Below are positions 54,361 to 64,000 of a stretch of 64,000 bases of DNA, one piece after another (position 1 is the stretch's first letter; each line of letters starts with the position of its first letter). Origin of the DNA: an uncultured Planctomycetota bacterium (GTDB lineage Bacteria; Planctomycetota; Planctomycetia; Isosphaerales; Isosphaeraceae). The notes under the pieces are model-generated. The model worked only from the letters and a program-made list of their open reading frames with translations. It was not told the DNA's origin and did not search any database. Position numbers and translations under genes: made by a program. The stretch is taken from the NCBI GenBank assembly GCA_963845755.1, contig CAWJTV010000004.1:1-64000 (forward strand), in the 5' to 3' direction.

Positions 54361-54726
54361 TTACCGTTCTTGAGGCCGCGGCGGAGGAGGGGGATCGGGG
54401 GCGGCGATCTGCCAAGGTCTCCATGCAGCCCGAGAATACTTCCCACCGAGTTCGGTATGGATGCTACCCACGCGACCTATCCAATCCGCCAATAAACGGC
54501 ACCGGACGGCTCGCGCCCTCTCGCCGAACCCCTCATCCATCGATGCTTTCCAGATGGCCATCCTTTGGGCAGCGGCCGCTTTCTCGGCCTCGATCCGGTG
54601 GTGTTCCGCGATCGTTCGATACTGATGCCATCGATGGAGCATCCCGCCGATACCGAGAAGGATCGCGATCACCGCCACCACGATCATCATCCGGCGGAGG
54701 GTAAACCGCACGCGACGCCGTTGCAT
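54361..54726 (-). CDS. Small membrane-anchored hypothetical protein (paralog)
   Basis: RFTLRRMMIVVAVIA; KYSRAAWRPWQIAAPDPPPP. Confidence 0.7.
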   Translation of the reverse strand: MQRRRVRFTLRRMMIVVAVIAILLGIGGMLHRWHQYRTIAEHHRIEAEKAAAAQRMAIWKASMDEGFGERARAVRCRLLADWIGRVGSIHTELGGKYSRAAWRPWQIAAPDPPPPPRPQER

Positions 54727-54940
54727 TCCCCAGCCTCGAAGGTCCTGATTGGAACGAGTCATCTCGGGATCACCCGTTCCACGTCCCCCATCGTCCCAAA
54801 CCCGCCTGTGCGCGCACAACTATAGTTCACACGAGGCGCAGAACTCAGGTAGTCCCGCCTGTGTTGGCCGTCCCGATTCGATGAGGTCCGTCCGGCACAT
54901 CCGGGCTTCTCTGGGTCTTGACACACCAGCCGCCCGCCCG

Positions 54941-55978
54941 TCACAAAGAATCAGCAGCCACGATTTCGTTAAAGCTCCGTGTCGCGAGCTTCTGCCAGAC
55001 GCCTAACTGCGTACCGGGTGCGATCGAATATGTGCCCGAGGTCGAATCGCGTAGAAAGGCGGGGATAGTCCCTGATGAAGGGTCGTATGGCAAAGACTGG
55101 ATAGAATCCTTGACGAAACGGACCGAGCCATCGCAAAAGCCGACGTTGGCCCCGCCAGGGTGGAAGCTCCCGACGGTCGAGAGCCAGTTGTCGTAGTTGC
55201 CACTGAGATACGGTACGCCCTTGAGTGCCCCATTTAAAGGGTAATAGGCGCTAATCATCGAGTCGGCGACGACGCCAACGTTCCACCAGCGGGCCGACGC
55301 AAGGTCACTGGCGTTCGGCATTCTCCCGTAGGAAGTCTCGGCGAACAGAATCGTTGTCCCGGTGCCGTCAGAGATATCGGCGAGCCGAACCGAGGAGCAA
55401 GAGAAGATCGTGCCGTTCATGTTTGCCATCTGCGCGGCGAAGTATGGGTTCTGAGGCAGGATTTCGATGCTCCAGGTACCCTGGCAACCGCCGTAACTGG
55501 TGTGGTGCTGCATGATGCCGGTGCCGACTGGAGCCCCGTAATTGAAGTCTTCCAGGTTGCCCGCGGAGACGTACGGGTCGCTCGGACACCAGAGGCCGGC
55601 GAGTCCGGTCGAGGCGACCGTCCCGTTCGCCGGGGTGATCGCCTGGCGCGAGAAGTTCGCCGAGTTGTAAAGCGGGCTGGCATCGAGGAACGGCAGGATC
55701 CGTACGAAGGTGCTAAGGCCCCAGGTCAAGACGGGAGCCTGGTCGGAGACTGCCGGCAGCATGCCCGACGGCAGTACCGTGTTGGCCGACTCGTAGTTCA
55801 TCGCGGCCAGGCCGAGCTGCTTGAGGTTGTTGACGCATTGGGCGCGTCGAGCGGCTTCTCGGGCAGCCTGGATGGCAGGGAGAAGCAGGGCGATGAGCAG
55901 GCTGATGACCGTGATGACCACCAGCAGCTCGATCACGGTGAACCCACGGCCTTTTGGAGCGGAATCGGTATGCGTCAC
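54941..55978 (-). CDS. DUF1559 prepilin-type protein
   Basis: GFTVIELLVV..LLPAIQAAREAARRAQCVNNLKQ; CPSD; HPGGANVGFCDGSVRF. Confidence 0.92.
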   Translation of the reverse strand: MTHTDSAPKGRGFTVIELLVVITVISLLIALLLPAIQAAREAARRAQCVNNLKQLGLAAMNYESANTVLPSGMLPAVSDQAPVLTWGLSTFVRILPFLDASPLYNSANFSRQAITPANGTVASTGLAGLWCPSDPYVSAGNLEDFNYGAPVGTGIMQHHTSYGGCQGTWSIEILPQNPYFAAQMANMNGTIFSCSSVRLADISDGTGTTILFAETSYGRMPNASDLASARWWNVGVVADSMISAYYPLNGALKGVPYLSGNYDNWLSTVGSFHPGGANVGFCDGSVRFVKDSIQSLPYDPSSGTIPAFLRDSTSGTYSIAPGTQLGVWQKLATRSFNEIVAADSL

Positions 55979-56199
55979 GGCCAAACCCGGCAACTTGCCG
56001 GCCTCCCTATCAGTTCTCGTCTCGAATCGACCCTCAACGCTCCAGGATCGACGTATGGCCGGATGCGAAAGATCAGCGATCACTTGTGCGATCCCGATAT
56101 TTACGCTTAACAGTTCGTACAGTCGTAAGACCGGGATGTCCTACGGTTGTCAGAATGCCTCGCGAACGTGCACTCCCCCTCGAAAGATACCGCGCCCCG

Positions 56200-56625
56200 G
56201 GGTTCCGGATGAAGGCCGTTCTATCATCCCGGCCGACCAGAATCCCCGCCCTGGCATTGCTCGCGAGGCCGTGGCTGGCCGACAGGCCCAAAGGCCAGCC
56301 GATCTTCCCGGTTGATCGTTGGGCGATCCTGGAAGCCCTGAAGGCGGATCTGAAAGTCGCCGGCATCGCCGACGAGAACGACGAGGGGTTCGCTGATTTC
56401 CACGCCCTCCGCCACACCGACATCACGGCCCTGGCCAAGAGCAACGCACCGGTCAAGATCGTCCAGACCCTGGCCAGGCATTCGACTCCGGTCCTGACCC
56501 TCGGAGTCCATGCCCACGTCGGCCTGAACGATCAGGCCCCGGCCCTGGATGCCCTCCCCGACTTGACCCGGACCGCCCCGACCCGGGAGCCGTCGGCACT
56601 GGCCGCCACGGGGACCGATGAATCC
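56200..56625 (+). pseudogene. C-terminal remnant of a tyrosine recombinase/integrase
   Basis: DLKVAGI..DFHALRHT..VQTLARHS..TLGVHAH (catalytic Tyr position is His); ALAATGTD tail; N-terminal part missing. Confidence 0.8.
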
Positions 56626-56799
56626 CATAAGCAAACGCGTGCTCTATTTTGCATCCAAAACGAGCACGGTCCGGTGCGGCCTGGTTCGGCTCAAGACGTG
56701 ATAACGGTGTCGGATGTTCAGAAAACGATGGGCGTTTCCCACTTGAAAAATGGGGGTCCAGGCGGTTACATTCGGTCCTGTCCGGTTCCCGACGCTGAG

Positions 56800-56895
56800 G
56801 GGAGCGCGTCCGTAGCTGGTGCTCGGCCCGGTCTTCAAAACCGGTGAGGGGTCTGGAAACAGGCTCCTGGTGGGTTCGATTCCCATGCGCTCCCG
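56800..56895 (+). tRNA. selC: tRNA-Sec (anticodon UCA)
   Basis: 8-bp acceptor GGGAGCGC/GCGCTCCC, 4-nt D loop TGGT, CCGGT-CTTCAAA-ACCGG, long GAAA-capped variable arm, GTGGG-TTCGATT-CCCAT, G discriminator. Confidence 0.9.
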
Positions 56896-57014
56896 CTAGG
56901 ATCACAACGACTTTCACCATCCCATTGAGATCTACATTCGTTGATCGTATTGCGGTCATCGCCTCGAATCTTCGATGGTTCGGGACGAATCACCTTCAGG
57001 AACAAGGACCTATC

Positions 57015-57416
57015 ATGGGCGACGTTGACTCGAACACGCTGGCCGAGGCCGCGCGGCGGTACACCGCCTTGCGGCGGCGATACTGGCGGTTCTTCGTCGG
57101 CCTCTGGGCTCTGGGTGCCTTGGCAGGGGCAATCGGCCTCGCCGTCGGACAGAAACCCGGTCCGTTTATCGGTGGCGTTCTGATCTTGCCGCTGGTCCTC
57201 GGGTTTGTCACCTGCTGGGCCGTCTGTCTCGTCACGGACATCGCGCTCAAACAATTCCGCTGCCCACGGTGCGGAAAACGATTCACCCTGACGTGGTGGA
57301 TCTCCTGGCCATCCGACCGGTGCAAGCATTGCGACCTGGATCTCGGCCCAGCGGAGAAGGCCGTCGCAAAACCAACGGCGGTCGTGGACCGGGACTTCAA
57401 CGATCCGACCTGGTAG
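57015..57416 (+). CDS. Hypothetical membrane protein with C-terminal Zn ribbon
   Basis: AAGGA SD; two TM helices; CPRC..CKHC. Confidence 0.7.
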   Translation: MGDVDSNTLAEAARRYTALRRRYWRFFVGLWALGALAGAIGLAVGQKPGPFIGGVLILPLVLGFVTCWAVCLVTDIALKQFRCPRCGKRFTLTWWISWPSDRCKHCDLDLGPAEKAVAKPTAVVDRDFNDPTW

Positions 57417-57417
57417 G

Positions 57418-58500
57418 CTACTGGTCCTCACCAGACGGCTTCTCAGCCTCGGCCAGAGCAGACCGTTTTTCGTTCAATTCGGTGAGCATCCGGGCGAAGT
57501 GCTGCTTCTTCTGTTCGAGGAGGGTCTGGAGCTCGTCCCGGTGTTTGGCTCGAATCTCGGTGCTCTTTTTCTCCGCGGCTTCGAGTGCCTTCTTCTCGGC
57601 CTCATAGCCCTTCTTAGCCTGATCATCTGCCTTCGTCGATCGGGGAGCCTGGGTTGGCTCTCCCCTGATGCGAGAGAAGGCCGAAACCGTCGCCCCATCG
57701 TTACCCTTGTTCGCAATCTGGTTGTACGCTCCCATGAAGGCCGTATAGATCTCCTCGGCGACGTGGTCACCCGCTTCCGCCTTACTTGCGAGGTCTGTTA
57801 ACCAAAGTTCAAGTCGAGAGGTTTGAGCGAGGGCCGATGGGTCGCCCGAGTCGGCCTTCGAGAGGATTTCCACCACTTCCTCAGCCGTCATCGGCGGTTC
57901 GATGCTGTCGTCGACCGCTCGCAATACTGTCCGGGTCTCTGCCTTTCTCACGGCTCGCATCAATTCCACGAGTTGGGCCTTGTCCGCCGCGACTTCAAGC
58001 TGGAGCAGCTCGATTTCAGTCCGGAGCTTGGCGACCGCCGCGCACCGCTTCGCCCCGTCCGGCTCAGCCTTGGCAGGTTGGGGCTGTTCCCGGACCAGCC
58101 GTTCCTCGAGATCGGCCAACCGCTTCTTGGCCTTCCTCAGTTCTCGACTCGCTCCCAGGCGATCGGCACGCGCCTTCTGGTAATCCGGTTTGGATGTCTT
58201 GACGGATTCCGAAGGGTTTACTGGCGGGACGGATCCCGGAGCATACAAACTGGAAGGATCATATCCCGGAAATCCTGGGGTTGCTGGCCCGCCTGTGATG
58301 GCTTGCATCGCTTCCCGCACCGCCATCTCGCTCCGCTGGAGTTTCAGCTCCAGGAGTTGAACATCCAACCGCATCTCCTCGACCTGTTCGAGCAATCCCT
58401 CCGGTTGCGTTTGCTGGCCGCTCGCCTGATGAGAATTGAGGCCCACCTGGCCCAGACCGATAACGATCGCAATCCACGCAGACGATGTACGCACTCTCAT
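57418..58500 (-). CDS. Secreted coiled-coil hypothetical protein
   Basis: GGAG SD, signal peptide, repeated E.ELLQLE helices. Confidence 0.65.
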   Translation of the reverse strand: MRVRTSSAWIAIVIGLGQVGLNSHQASGQQTQPEGLLEQVEEMRLDVQLLELKLQRSEMAVREAMQAITGGPATPGFPGYDPSSLYAPGSVPPVNPSESVKTSKPDYQKARADRLGASRELRKAKKRLADLEERLVREQPQPAKAEPDGAKRCAAVAKLRTEIELLQLEVAADKAQLVELMRAVRKAETRTVLRAVDDSIEPPMTAEEVVEILSKADSGDPSALAQTSRLELWLTDLASKAEAGDHVAEEIYTAFMGAYNQIANKGNDGATVSAFSRIRGEPTQAPRSTKADDQAKKGYEAEKKALEAAEKKSTEIRAKHRDELQTLLEQKKQHFARMLTELNEKRSALAEAEKPSGEDQ

Positions 58501-58640
58501 GGTCGTCTCCTTCCGACGTCGGCAATAACGTCCGGTCTCCTCCGAACGCGCGCCGTAAGGTAGTCGAACGATCCGGAAAAGTCGATGGGAATGTTCGACA
58601 CCGATGCCTTGGTGGAGCGATCTTGATGAGACGCGAGTGG

Positions 58641-59486
58641 TCAGTCGAGGTAACCGCACGCGCGCAGATGCTCGACGCTCCGCCGGACGCGTTCGTGCCG
58701 GCCTTCGAGGCCCGGCTCGGGCTCGCCGCCGATGCCTTCGATCTCGATCGTATAACTACCGTTGAAACCCACTCCATCGAGGATCTCGCGGACGCGGCGG
58801 AAGTCCACGCTCCCGCCGTCACCGAGGGCGGGGAAATACCAGTCCTCGAATCCGCCGCGGTTGTCTTTCAGGTGGACATTCCGGACGAGGTGCTTGACGT
58901 GTTCCAGCTCCGCGCACGGATCGGCGCCCGGATTGTAATACGCGATGTTTCCCGTATCGAAGTTCAGCCGGACGTTGGGGTGGTTCACGTCGTCCATCAA
59001 CGCGAGCATGGCCGCGGCGTTCTGGGTCGGCCCCTTGTGGGTCTCCAGGGCGAGGGTGATCCCAACCTCACTTGCGGTATCCCCCAAGAGTCGCAGGTGT
59101 TCGACGACCGTGCGCCGTTCGGCGGCATCCTCCGGCTGGCCGGCCCCCGAGATGCAAACGGCCACCCCGAACCATCGCGCGGCGAAGCGGATCCGCCGCT
59201 CGGTCAACTCGAGGCCGTCGCGTGTGCGAATATCGGCACCGCCCACGTTGCAGCCGCTGATCGCGACGCCGTGATGAGCCAGGTGATCCACGAACGACTG
59301 CGCCTCGGAATCAATGGCTTTCTCCGTGATCACGGCCGATTCGGGGATCACGAGCCCGCCGAAGTTGTGACCCCGCAAGGCCAGCTCGAGATGGTCGATA
59401 CCCGCCATTCGGATGCGCTCGACCGCGATCCGGACGCCCGACGCTCCATAACTGTTCGTGAAACAGCTCACGATCCGCTTCATCAT
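58641..59486 (-). CDS. Sugar phosphate isomerase/epimerase (xylose isomerase-like TIM barrel)
   Basis: LALETH, NFDTGN, VHLKD, GDGSVDF, IEIE. Confidence 0.85.
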   Translation of the reverse strand: MMKRIVSCFTNSYGASGVRIAVERIRMAGIDHLELALRGHNFGGLVIPESAVITEKAIDSEAQSFVDHLAHHGVAISGCNVGGADIRTRDGLELTERRIRFAARWFGVAVCISGAGQPEDAAERRTVVEHLRLLGDTASEVGITLALETHKGPTQNAAAMLALMDDVNHPNVRLNFDTGNIAYYNPGADPCAELEHVKHLVRNVHLKDNRGGFEDWYFPALGDGGSVDFRRVREILDGVGFNGSYTIEIEGIGGEPEPGLEGRHERVRRSVEHLRACGYLD

Positions 59487-59522
59487 CGGTCCCTTTTCTG
59501 CTGAAGGTCCCTCAAGAAACGA

Positions 59523-59546
59523 GGACTGGCTCCGAGTCTTCGAGGT
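59523..59546 (+). repeat. REP-like palindromic repeat, copy 2
   Basis: 24 nt identical to 26740-26763. Confidence 0.75.
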
Positions 59547-59581
59547 ACCTATCCCCGTTTCCGAGGGGCACTGGGCACGGG

Positions 59582-60799
59582 TCAAGGATTCCCCGGGCCG
59601 TCGGGCGGTTTCACCGGCTCGCAGGCCACGGGGAATTCACTGCCGGCATCGGTGACGCGGAGGGCCACGCGGCCTTCGAGCACGTCGAGCAACACGGTCC
59701 CGAAGAGTTCCTTCCGCCACCCTTCGAGCAGCGCGGGACGGTGAGCCTCTGGGGTCCCGTCGAGATGCCAGCGGACGAGATTCTTGACATCGGCGACGTT
59801 CGCCACCAGGGAGCCCGCGATCTGGTTCTGCGTGCAGCATTGCGCCAGCGCCGAGGACAGCAGGTTCGCGACGATCGCAAGTCCGGGTGGTTCGTCGCGG
59901 CGATCCGGCAGTTCCGGGAGCTGGTCCTCGGGAAGGCGACGGGCTTCGTCCAGGGCTTGCAGGATCTCGTCGCTGCGATTCAAGAGTGCGGGCCGGTTGA
60001 AATCGCGGAGGGCTTCGAGGCCGCGCCGGTTCGTCGGCTGCCGCTTGGCGATGGCCACGAGCAGGTCGTCCCGCATGACCTGGCGCAACGGCCGGTTCTG
60101 ACGGCGGGCTTCGGCCTCGCGCCACTCCGCCAGACGACGGGCCATCTCCAGGCCGCGCCGGCCCATTTGATTGAGCCCCGGGAGCCGTCGCCACCGATCT
60201 TCGTCGCCGCGGCGTGCGATCGATTCGACGAAATCCACGAACTCCTCTTCGGCCCAGGCCGTTCGCCCGAGCTCCGCCAGCCGCGCGATGAAATCATCGG
60301 CGAGATCCAGCAAATGCCGCACGTCCTCCAGGGCGTAGTCGAGTTGTGCGGAAGTCAGTGGGCGACGCCGCCAATCGGTGCGCGTCTCGCCCCCGCCGAG
60401 GCTCACCCCCAGGACCTGGCCGACGAGGTTCCCCAGCGAGAGCGGGTAGCTCAGTCCCACCAGTCCCGCCGCCAGTTGGACGTCGAAGACCCGGCGCGGG
60501 AGTTTCCCGGTCTTGATCAAGCCGATCCTCAGGTCCTCGCCGGCCGCGTGCATCACGACCTCGACCGCCGGGTCGCAGACGACCTCCCAGAAGGCCGACA
60601 CGTCGCGGACCGCCAGGGGGTCGACCAGCGCCAGCCGCTCGCGCGTCGCCACCTGGATCAGACAGAGGACCGGTTCAAACGTCTCCTCGGAGACGAATTC
60701 CGTATCAAACGCGAAGCGGCCGATCGACCGCAAGTGGTCGATCAGCCCCTGGAGTTGCTGCGATGTCGTGATGAGTGAGTCGCCTGTCCCAAGCGCCAT
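59582..60799 (-). CDS. rnd: Ribonuclease D
   Basis: AFDTEFV, LCLIQ, HAAGED, TDWRRRPLT..YALEDV, HRDC domain, LLEGWR. Confidence 0.9.
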   Translation of the reverse strand: MALGTGDSLITTSQQLQGLIDHLRSIGRFAFDTEFVSEETFEPVLCLIQVATRERLALVDPLAVRDVSAFWEVVCDPAVEVVMHAAGEDLRIGLIKTGKLPRRVFDVQLAAGLVGLSYPLSLGNLVGQVLGVSLGGGETRTDWRRRPLTSAQLDYALEDVRHLLDLADDFIARLAELGRTAWAEEEFVDFVESIARRGDEDRWRRLPGLNQMGRRGLEMARRLAEWREAEARRQNRPLRQVMRDDLLVAIAKRQPTNRRGLEALRDFNRPALLNRSDEILQALDEARRLPEDQLPELPDRRDEPPGLAIVANLLSSALAQCCTQNQIAGSLVANVADVKNLVRWHLDGTPEAHRPALLEGWRKELFGTVLLDVLEGRVALRVTDAGSEFPVACEPVKPPDGPGNP

Positions 60800-60937
60800 C
60801 GGTTGTAGATCTCCTTCGATCGAACCATTTCGGGAACCTCTTCCTTTCGTCCCACGAGGACGAGTTCTCTCCATTGGCGAGACTTCCGGATCGCGACAGC
60901 GTCGTTTCGACCGTCTTCGCCCCGATCGACGCCCTAG

Positions 60938-61361
60938 CCTGGATTCCCATGGAGGCAGATTGGGCTAACATTTGTTGCCGCATGATTGGAAAAAAGCCCG
61001 CGATACTCAGCTTTTCGCCTCGGAACTGGTTATGCTCCTCCAAGAGTTAAAGGTGGGTCTCCCACTAAGTTAACTTGATCACCATGGATGATATGTTCGT
61101 CGATCGAATCTCACTTCCTCCTGGAAAACAAGGGGTTCTTGCGACAAATCTATCGAATTCACCACAGTGGATGCATTGAGTTGACACCGTGGATGCTCTT
61201 TTTTCAGTTTACGGATCACCTAACATCGAGAGAGGCGTTTCGATGAGCCGTTTCAAGCCAGAACCACTTGAAATCCAGGGGAAAACCCACTTCGACGAAT
61301 TTTGCTTCGTTTATGGATTGCGTCGTAGCCTACCCCGTTTTTGCCTCCATGGGAATCCAGG
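60938..61361 (-). mobile_element. 424-bp MITE, copy 2 (inverted)
   Basis: Reverse complement of 48752-49175; CTAG at 60934-60937 and 61362-61365. Confidence 0.9.
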
Positions 61362-62141
61362 CTAGCGATCCAGGCCTTCCAGGAACCTCAAGATCACCGC
61401 GTTGGCCACCGCGGGATTCTCATAGGGGGCCATGTGCCCGGCGTTGGCGATGACTTCAAGGCGAGCCCCTTCGATCGCATCGGTAAGCGCCAGCGCCTCG
61501 GTCGGAGGCGTGATGACATCGTCCTCCCCGACCAGGACGATAGTCGGAACCTGGATCCTGGCCAGATCGTCGCGGCGATCCGGTCGGATCGCCATGCCCC
61601 GCAGCGCCCCGGCGATCCCCCGCGGCGTGTTCTTTTCCATCGCCTCGCGCAGGAAAGCCACCCGCTCCGCGCGTTCATCGATCGTCTTCTTCGAGAAGAG
61701 TTTCGGGACCATCGACTCGACCACCGCCGTGACGTTCCCCGCGGCGAGGACCGCCTGCGCCGTCTCCTCGCGCTTCTCGGCCGCATCCGGAGTGTCCGCG
61801 CCGGCGCGGGTATCCATCAACATCAAGCCGCGGACCCGCGTGGGATAGCGCACCACCAGCGATAACGCAACGTACCCGCCCATCGACAACCCGCCGACCA
61901 CCACGGGGACACTCAGGCCCAACCGATCGAGGAGCTCGATCACGTCATCCGCCATCTCGTCTATCGTGTAGACGCCGTCCGGTGCCGGCGAATCGCCATG
62001 CCCGCGCAAGTCCGGTGCGATGATCCGGTACATCGAGCCGACCCCGGTCAGTTGCTCCTTCCACATCGCATTACTGAGGGGGAAGCCATGGAGCAAGACG
62101 ACGGCCGGGCCGGGCCCCTCATCCAGAAACGACAGTCGCAT
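61362..62141 (-). CDS. Alpha/beta fold hydrolase
   Basis: LHGFP, DLRGHG, GLSMGG, GEDD, AGH. Confidence 0.9.
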   Translation of the reverse strand: MRLSFLDEGPGPAVVLLHGFPLSNAMWKEQLTGVGSMYRIIAPDLRGHGDSPAPDGVYTIDEMADDVIELLDRLGLSVPVVVGGLSMGGYVALSLVVRYPTRVRGLMLMDTRAGADTPDAAEKREETAQAVLAAGNVTAVVESMVPKLFSKKTIDERAERVAFLREAMEKNTPRGIAGALRGMAIRPDRRDDLARIQVPTIVLVGEDDVITPPTEALALTDAIEGARLEVIANAGHMAPYENPAVANAVILRFLEGLDR

Positions 62142-62593
62142 CGGAGTTCTCCCAAACGATCGGCGCAGCTCACGATTCGATCTCGTCCCGCGGCCAGCCC
62201 CGTCGAGCCAACAACATTGGCTCGATCCCTTCTCGCCCTGATGCATAATCACGAACGGAAGCTCTCGACCGCAATCCTGCTGTGTCTCGCAGCCGATGAC
62301 CCGACACATTCGGATCAAGAACCTTCGAGCTCGATCCCACAGCATTATAGAGGAACCCAGGCTCGCAATCGAGCCTGGACCCGCGCACGACCGACTCAAG
62401 AGAACGAACCGCAAACTCCATGCCGACTTCCGGCTCGCGGCCGGTTCCGGCCGGACGTGACCGGCCGCCCCGCCGTCGTCCCAGGGGCATCGCAGCCCGG
62501 AAGACGATGCCGCGGAGACTGGCGGACCGGGAAACCAACCTCTAGAATGGTTCCCGATGGTTACGACCTCTTTTGAAGACAGGACCCGTCGCG

Positions 62594-62914
62594 ATGTCAA
62601 CTCCCAACCAACTTTATGACGAGGCCACCGATCGGCGCGATCAGGGCGACAAGCCGGGCGCCATCGCGAAGCTCGAGGAGGCGATCGCCCTGGATCCCGG
62701 GTTTGCCCTGGGCCACGGCCTGCTCGCCAAACTCTACGCCGATCTGGCCGAGGCCGACAAGGCGATCGAACACGCCAAGAAAGTCGTCGAGCTGGAGCCG
62801 GAAGACACGTTCAGCTACACGGCGCTCTCGGTCATCTACCAGCGTTGCGGCCGGATTCCCGAGGCCGAGCACGCTAAGGCCATGGCCTGGCAGAAGCAGA
62901 TGGGCTTCGAGTGA
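62594..62914 (+). CDS. Small TPR protein
   Basis: AIALDP, AKKVVELEPED, YQRCGRIPEAE. Confidence 0.8.
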   Translation: MSTPNQLYDEATDRRDQGDKPGAIAKLEEAIALDPGFALGHGLLAKLYADLAEADKAIEHAKKVVELEPEDTFSYTALSVIYQRCGRIPEAEHAKAMAWQKQMGFE

Positions 62915-62963
62915 TCGCTTCGCGTCGTCGAATGGACGAAACCTTCCTGTCTGAGGACCGATC

Positions 62964-64000
62964 ATGCGCAGTTGGCTCCATCGCGGACAGTTCCCGACGG
63001 TCGCCCCTTCCCCGGTCGCGATCCTCCTCCTGACCCTGAGTGTGGCTTCGCTCGCCGGGCCGACGCGGGCCGGTGCCGAGCCACCGCCGGACGATCCCTG
63101 GATCGCGCAACACCGACAGGGCCTGCTCGGCCTGTACACGCACCTGCATACGCATCCCGAGCTATCGTTCCAGGAGCACGAGACCGCGAAGCGAATCGCC
63201 GACGAGTTGAGTCAGGCCGGCGCCGAGGTGACCCCGGGAGTCGGGAAGCTCGGAGTGGTCGGCATCCTGAAGAACGGTCCCGGGCCGGTGGTCCTGGTCC
63301 GGACCGATATGGACGCGCTGCCCGTCGTGGAGGAAACCGGCCTGCCGTACGCGAGCAAGGCCCAGACGACCGACAAGGCCGGGCGGTCCGTCGGCGTCAT
63401 GCACGCCTGCGGCCACGACGTCCACATGACCTCGTTCATCGGTACGGCACGATGGCTGACGGATCACAAGGATCGCTGGTCGGGGACGGTCGTGATGGTG
63501 GCGCAGCCCGCCGAGGAGGCCGTCGGCGGCGCCCGCATCATGCTCGACGACGGCCTGTATTCGCGCTTCCCCAAGCCGGATTATGCCCTGGCGCTCCACT
63601 GTAACGCCCAGGAACCCGTCGGCAGCGTGTTCTACTGTCCGGGCCCCATGCTCGCGAGCTCGACGTCGGTCGCGATCACCATCCGCGGCAAAGGCGGCCA
63701 CGGTGCCTGGCCACATCGGACCGTCGACCCGATCGTCCTGGCCGCGATGGTGGTCGTCGACCTCCAGACGATCGTCAGCCGGGAAGTCGAGCCCACCCAG
63801 CCGGCCGTGGTGACTGTCGGCTCGATCCACGGCGGGACCAAGCACAACATCATCCCCGACGAGGTCAAGCTTCAATTGACCCTACGAACCTTCTCCGAAC
63901 TCGTCCGCCAGCAGCTCATCACCGGGATCCAGCGGCGCGTCGCTGCGCTGGCCCAGGCGGCACCAGGCGCCGAACCGACCGTCGTGGTCGAAGAGTCGAC
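62964..64000 (+). CDS. M20 family amidohydrolase (runs off window)
   Basis: HPELSFQE, RTDMDALP, MHACGHDVH, QPAEE, GKGGHG, GGTKHNIIPD. Confidence 0.9.
   Translation, partial: MRSWLHRGQFPTVAPSPVAILLLTLSVASLAGPTRAGAEPPPDDPWIAQHRQGLLGLYTHLHTHPELSFQEHETAKRIADELSQAGAEVTPGVGKLGVVGILKNGPGPVVLVRTDMDALPVVEETGLPYASKAQTTDKAGRSVGVMHACGHDVHMTSFIGTARWLTDHKDRWSGTVVMVAQPAEEAVGGARIMLDDGLYSRFPKPDYALALHCNAQEPVGSVFYCPGPMLASSTSVAITIRGKGGHGAWPHRTVDPIVLAAMVVVDLQTIVSREVEPTQPAVVTVGSIHGGTKHNIIPDEVKLQLTLRTFSELVRQQLITGIQRRVAALAQAAPGAEPTVVVEES

Overview
GC-rich bacterial chromosome segment, most likely from an Isosphaeraceae-type planctomycete (DUF1559 prepilin-like protein, two PEP-CTERM proteins, Ser/Thr kinase, VPS10/BNR protein, planctomycete-style palindromic repeats). 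Bases 1-41200 and 57000-64000 are mostly core or accessory metabolic genes: PhoR-like kinase, Ntn hydrolase, prolyl oligopeptidase, transporters, xisHI, an HDAC, an ergothioneine locus (egtB, egtD and an EgtU/OpuA-type ABC transporter), gluQ, prfB with its programmed frameshift, cvpA and rnd. Bases ~41300-56900 look like a decayed island ending at an inactive tyrosine-integrase remnant and a tRNA-Sec gene. That region holds a probable group II intron 5' remnant, a DUF2294/PAS hybrid-kinase operon broken by a 2070-bp two-ORF IS with a 9-bp target duplication, divergent twin Crp/Fnr genes with TGT-N10-ACA boxes, and two tandem CTAG-targeting MITEs (the larger has a second, inverted copy at 60938-61361). 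It also holds an ECF sigma/anti-sigma/signal-peptidase-I-like operon whose peptidase has lost both catalytic residues. Many genes, including essential prfB, carry single-base frameshifts, which suggests long-read indel errors, so pseudogene calls based only on frameshifts are unreliable. No CRISPR array or rRNA gene was seen. All family assignments come from motif recognition; no searches were run.
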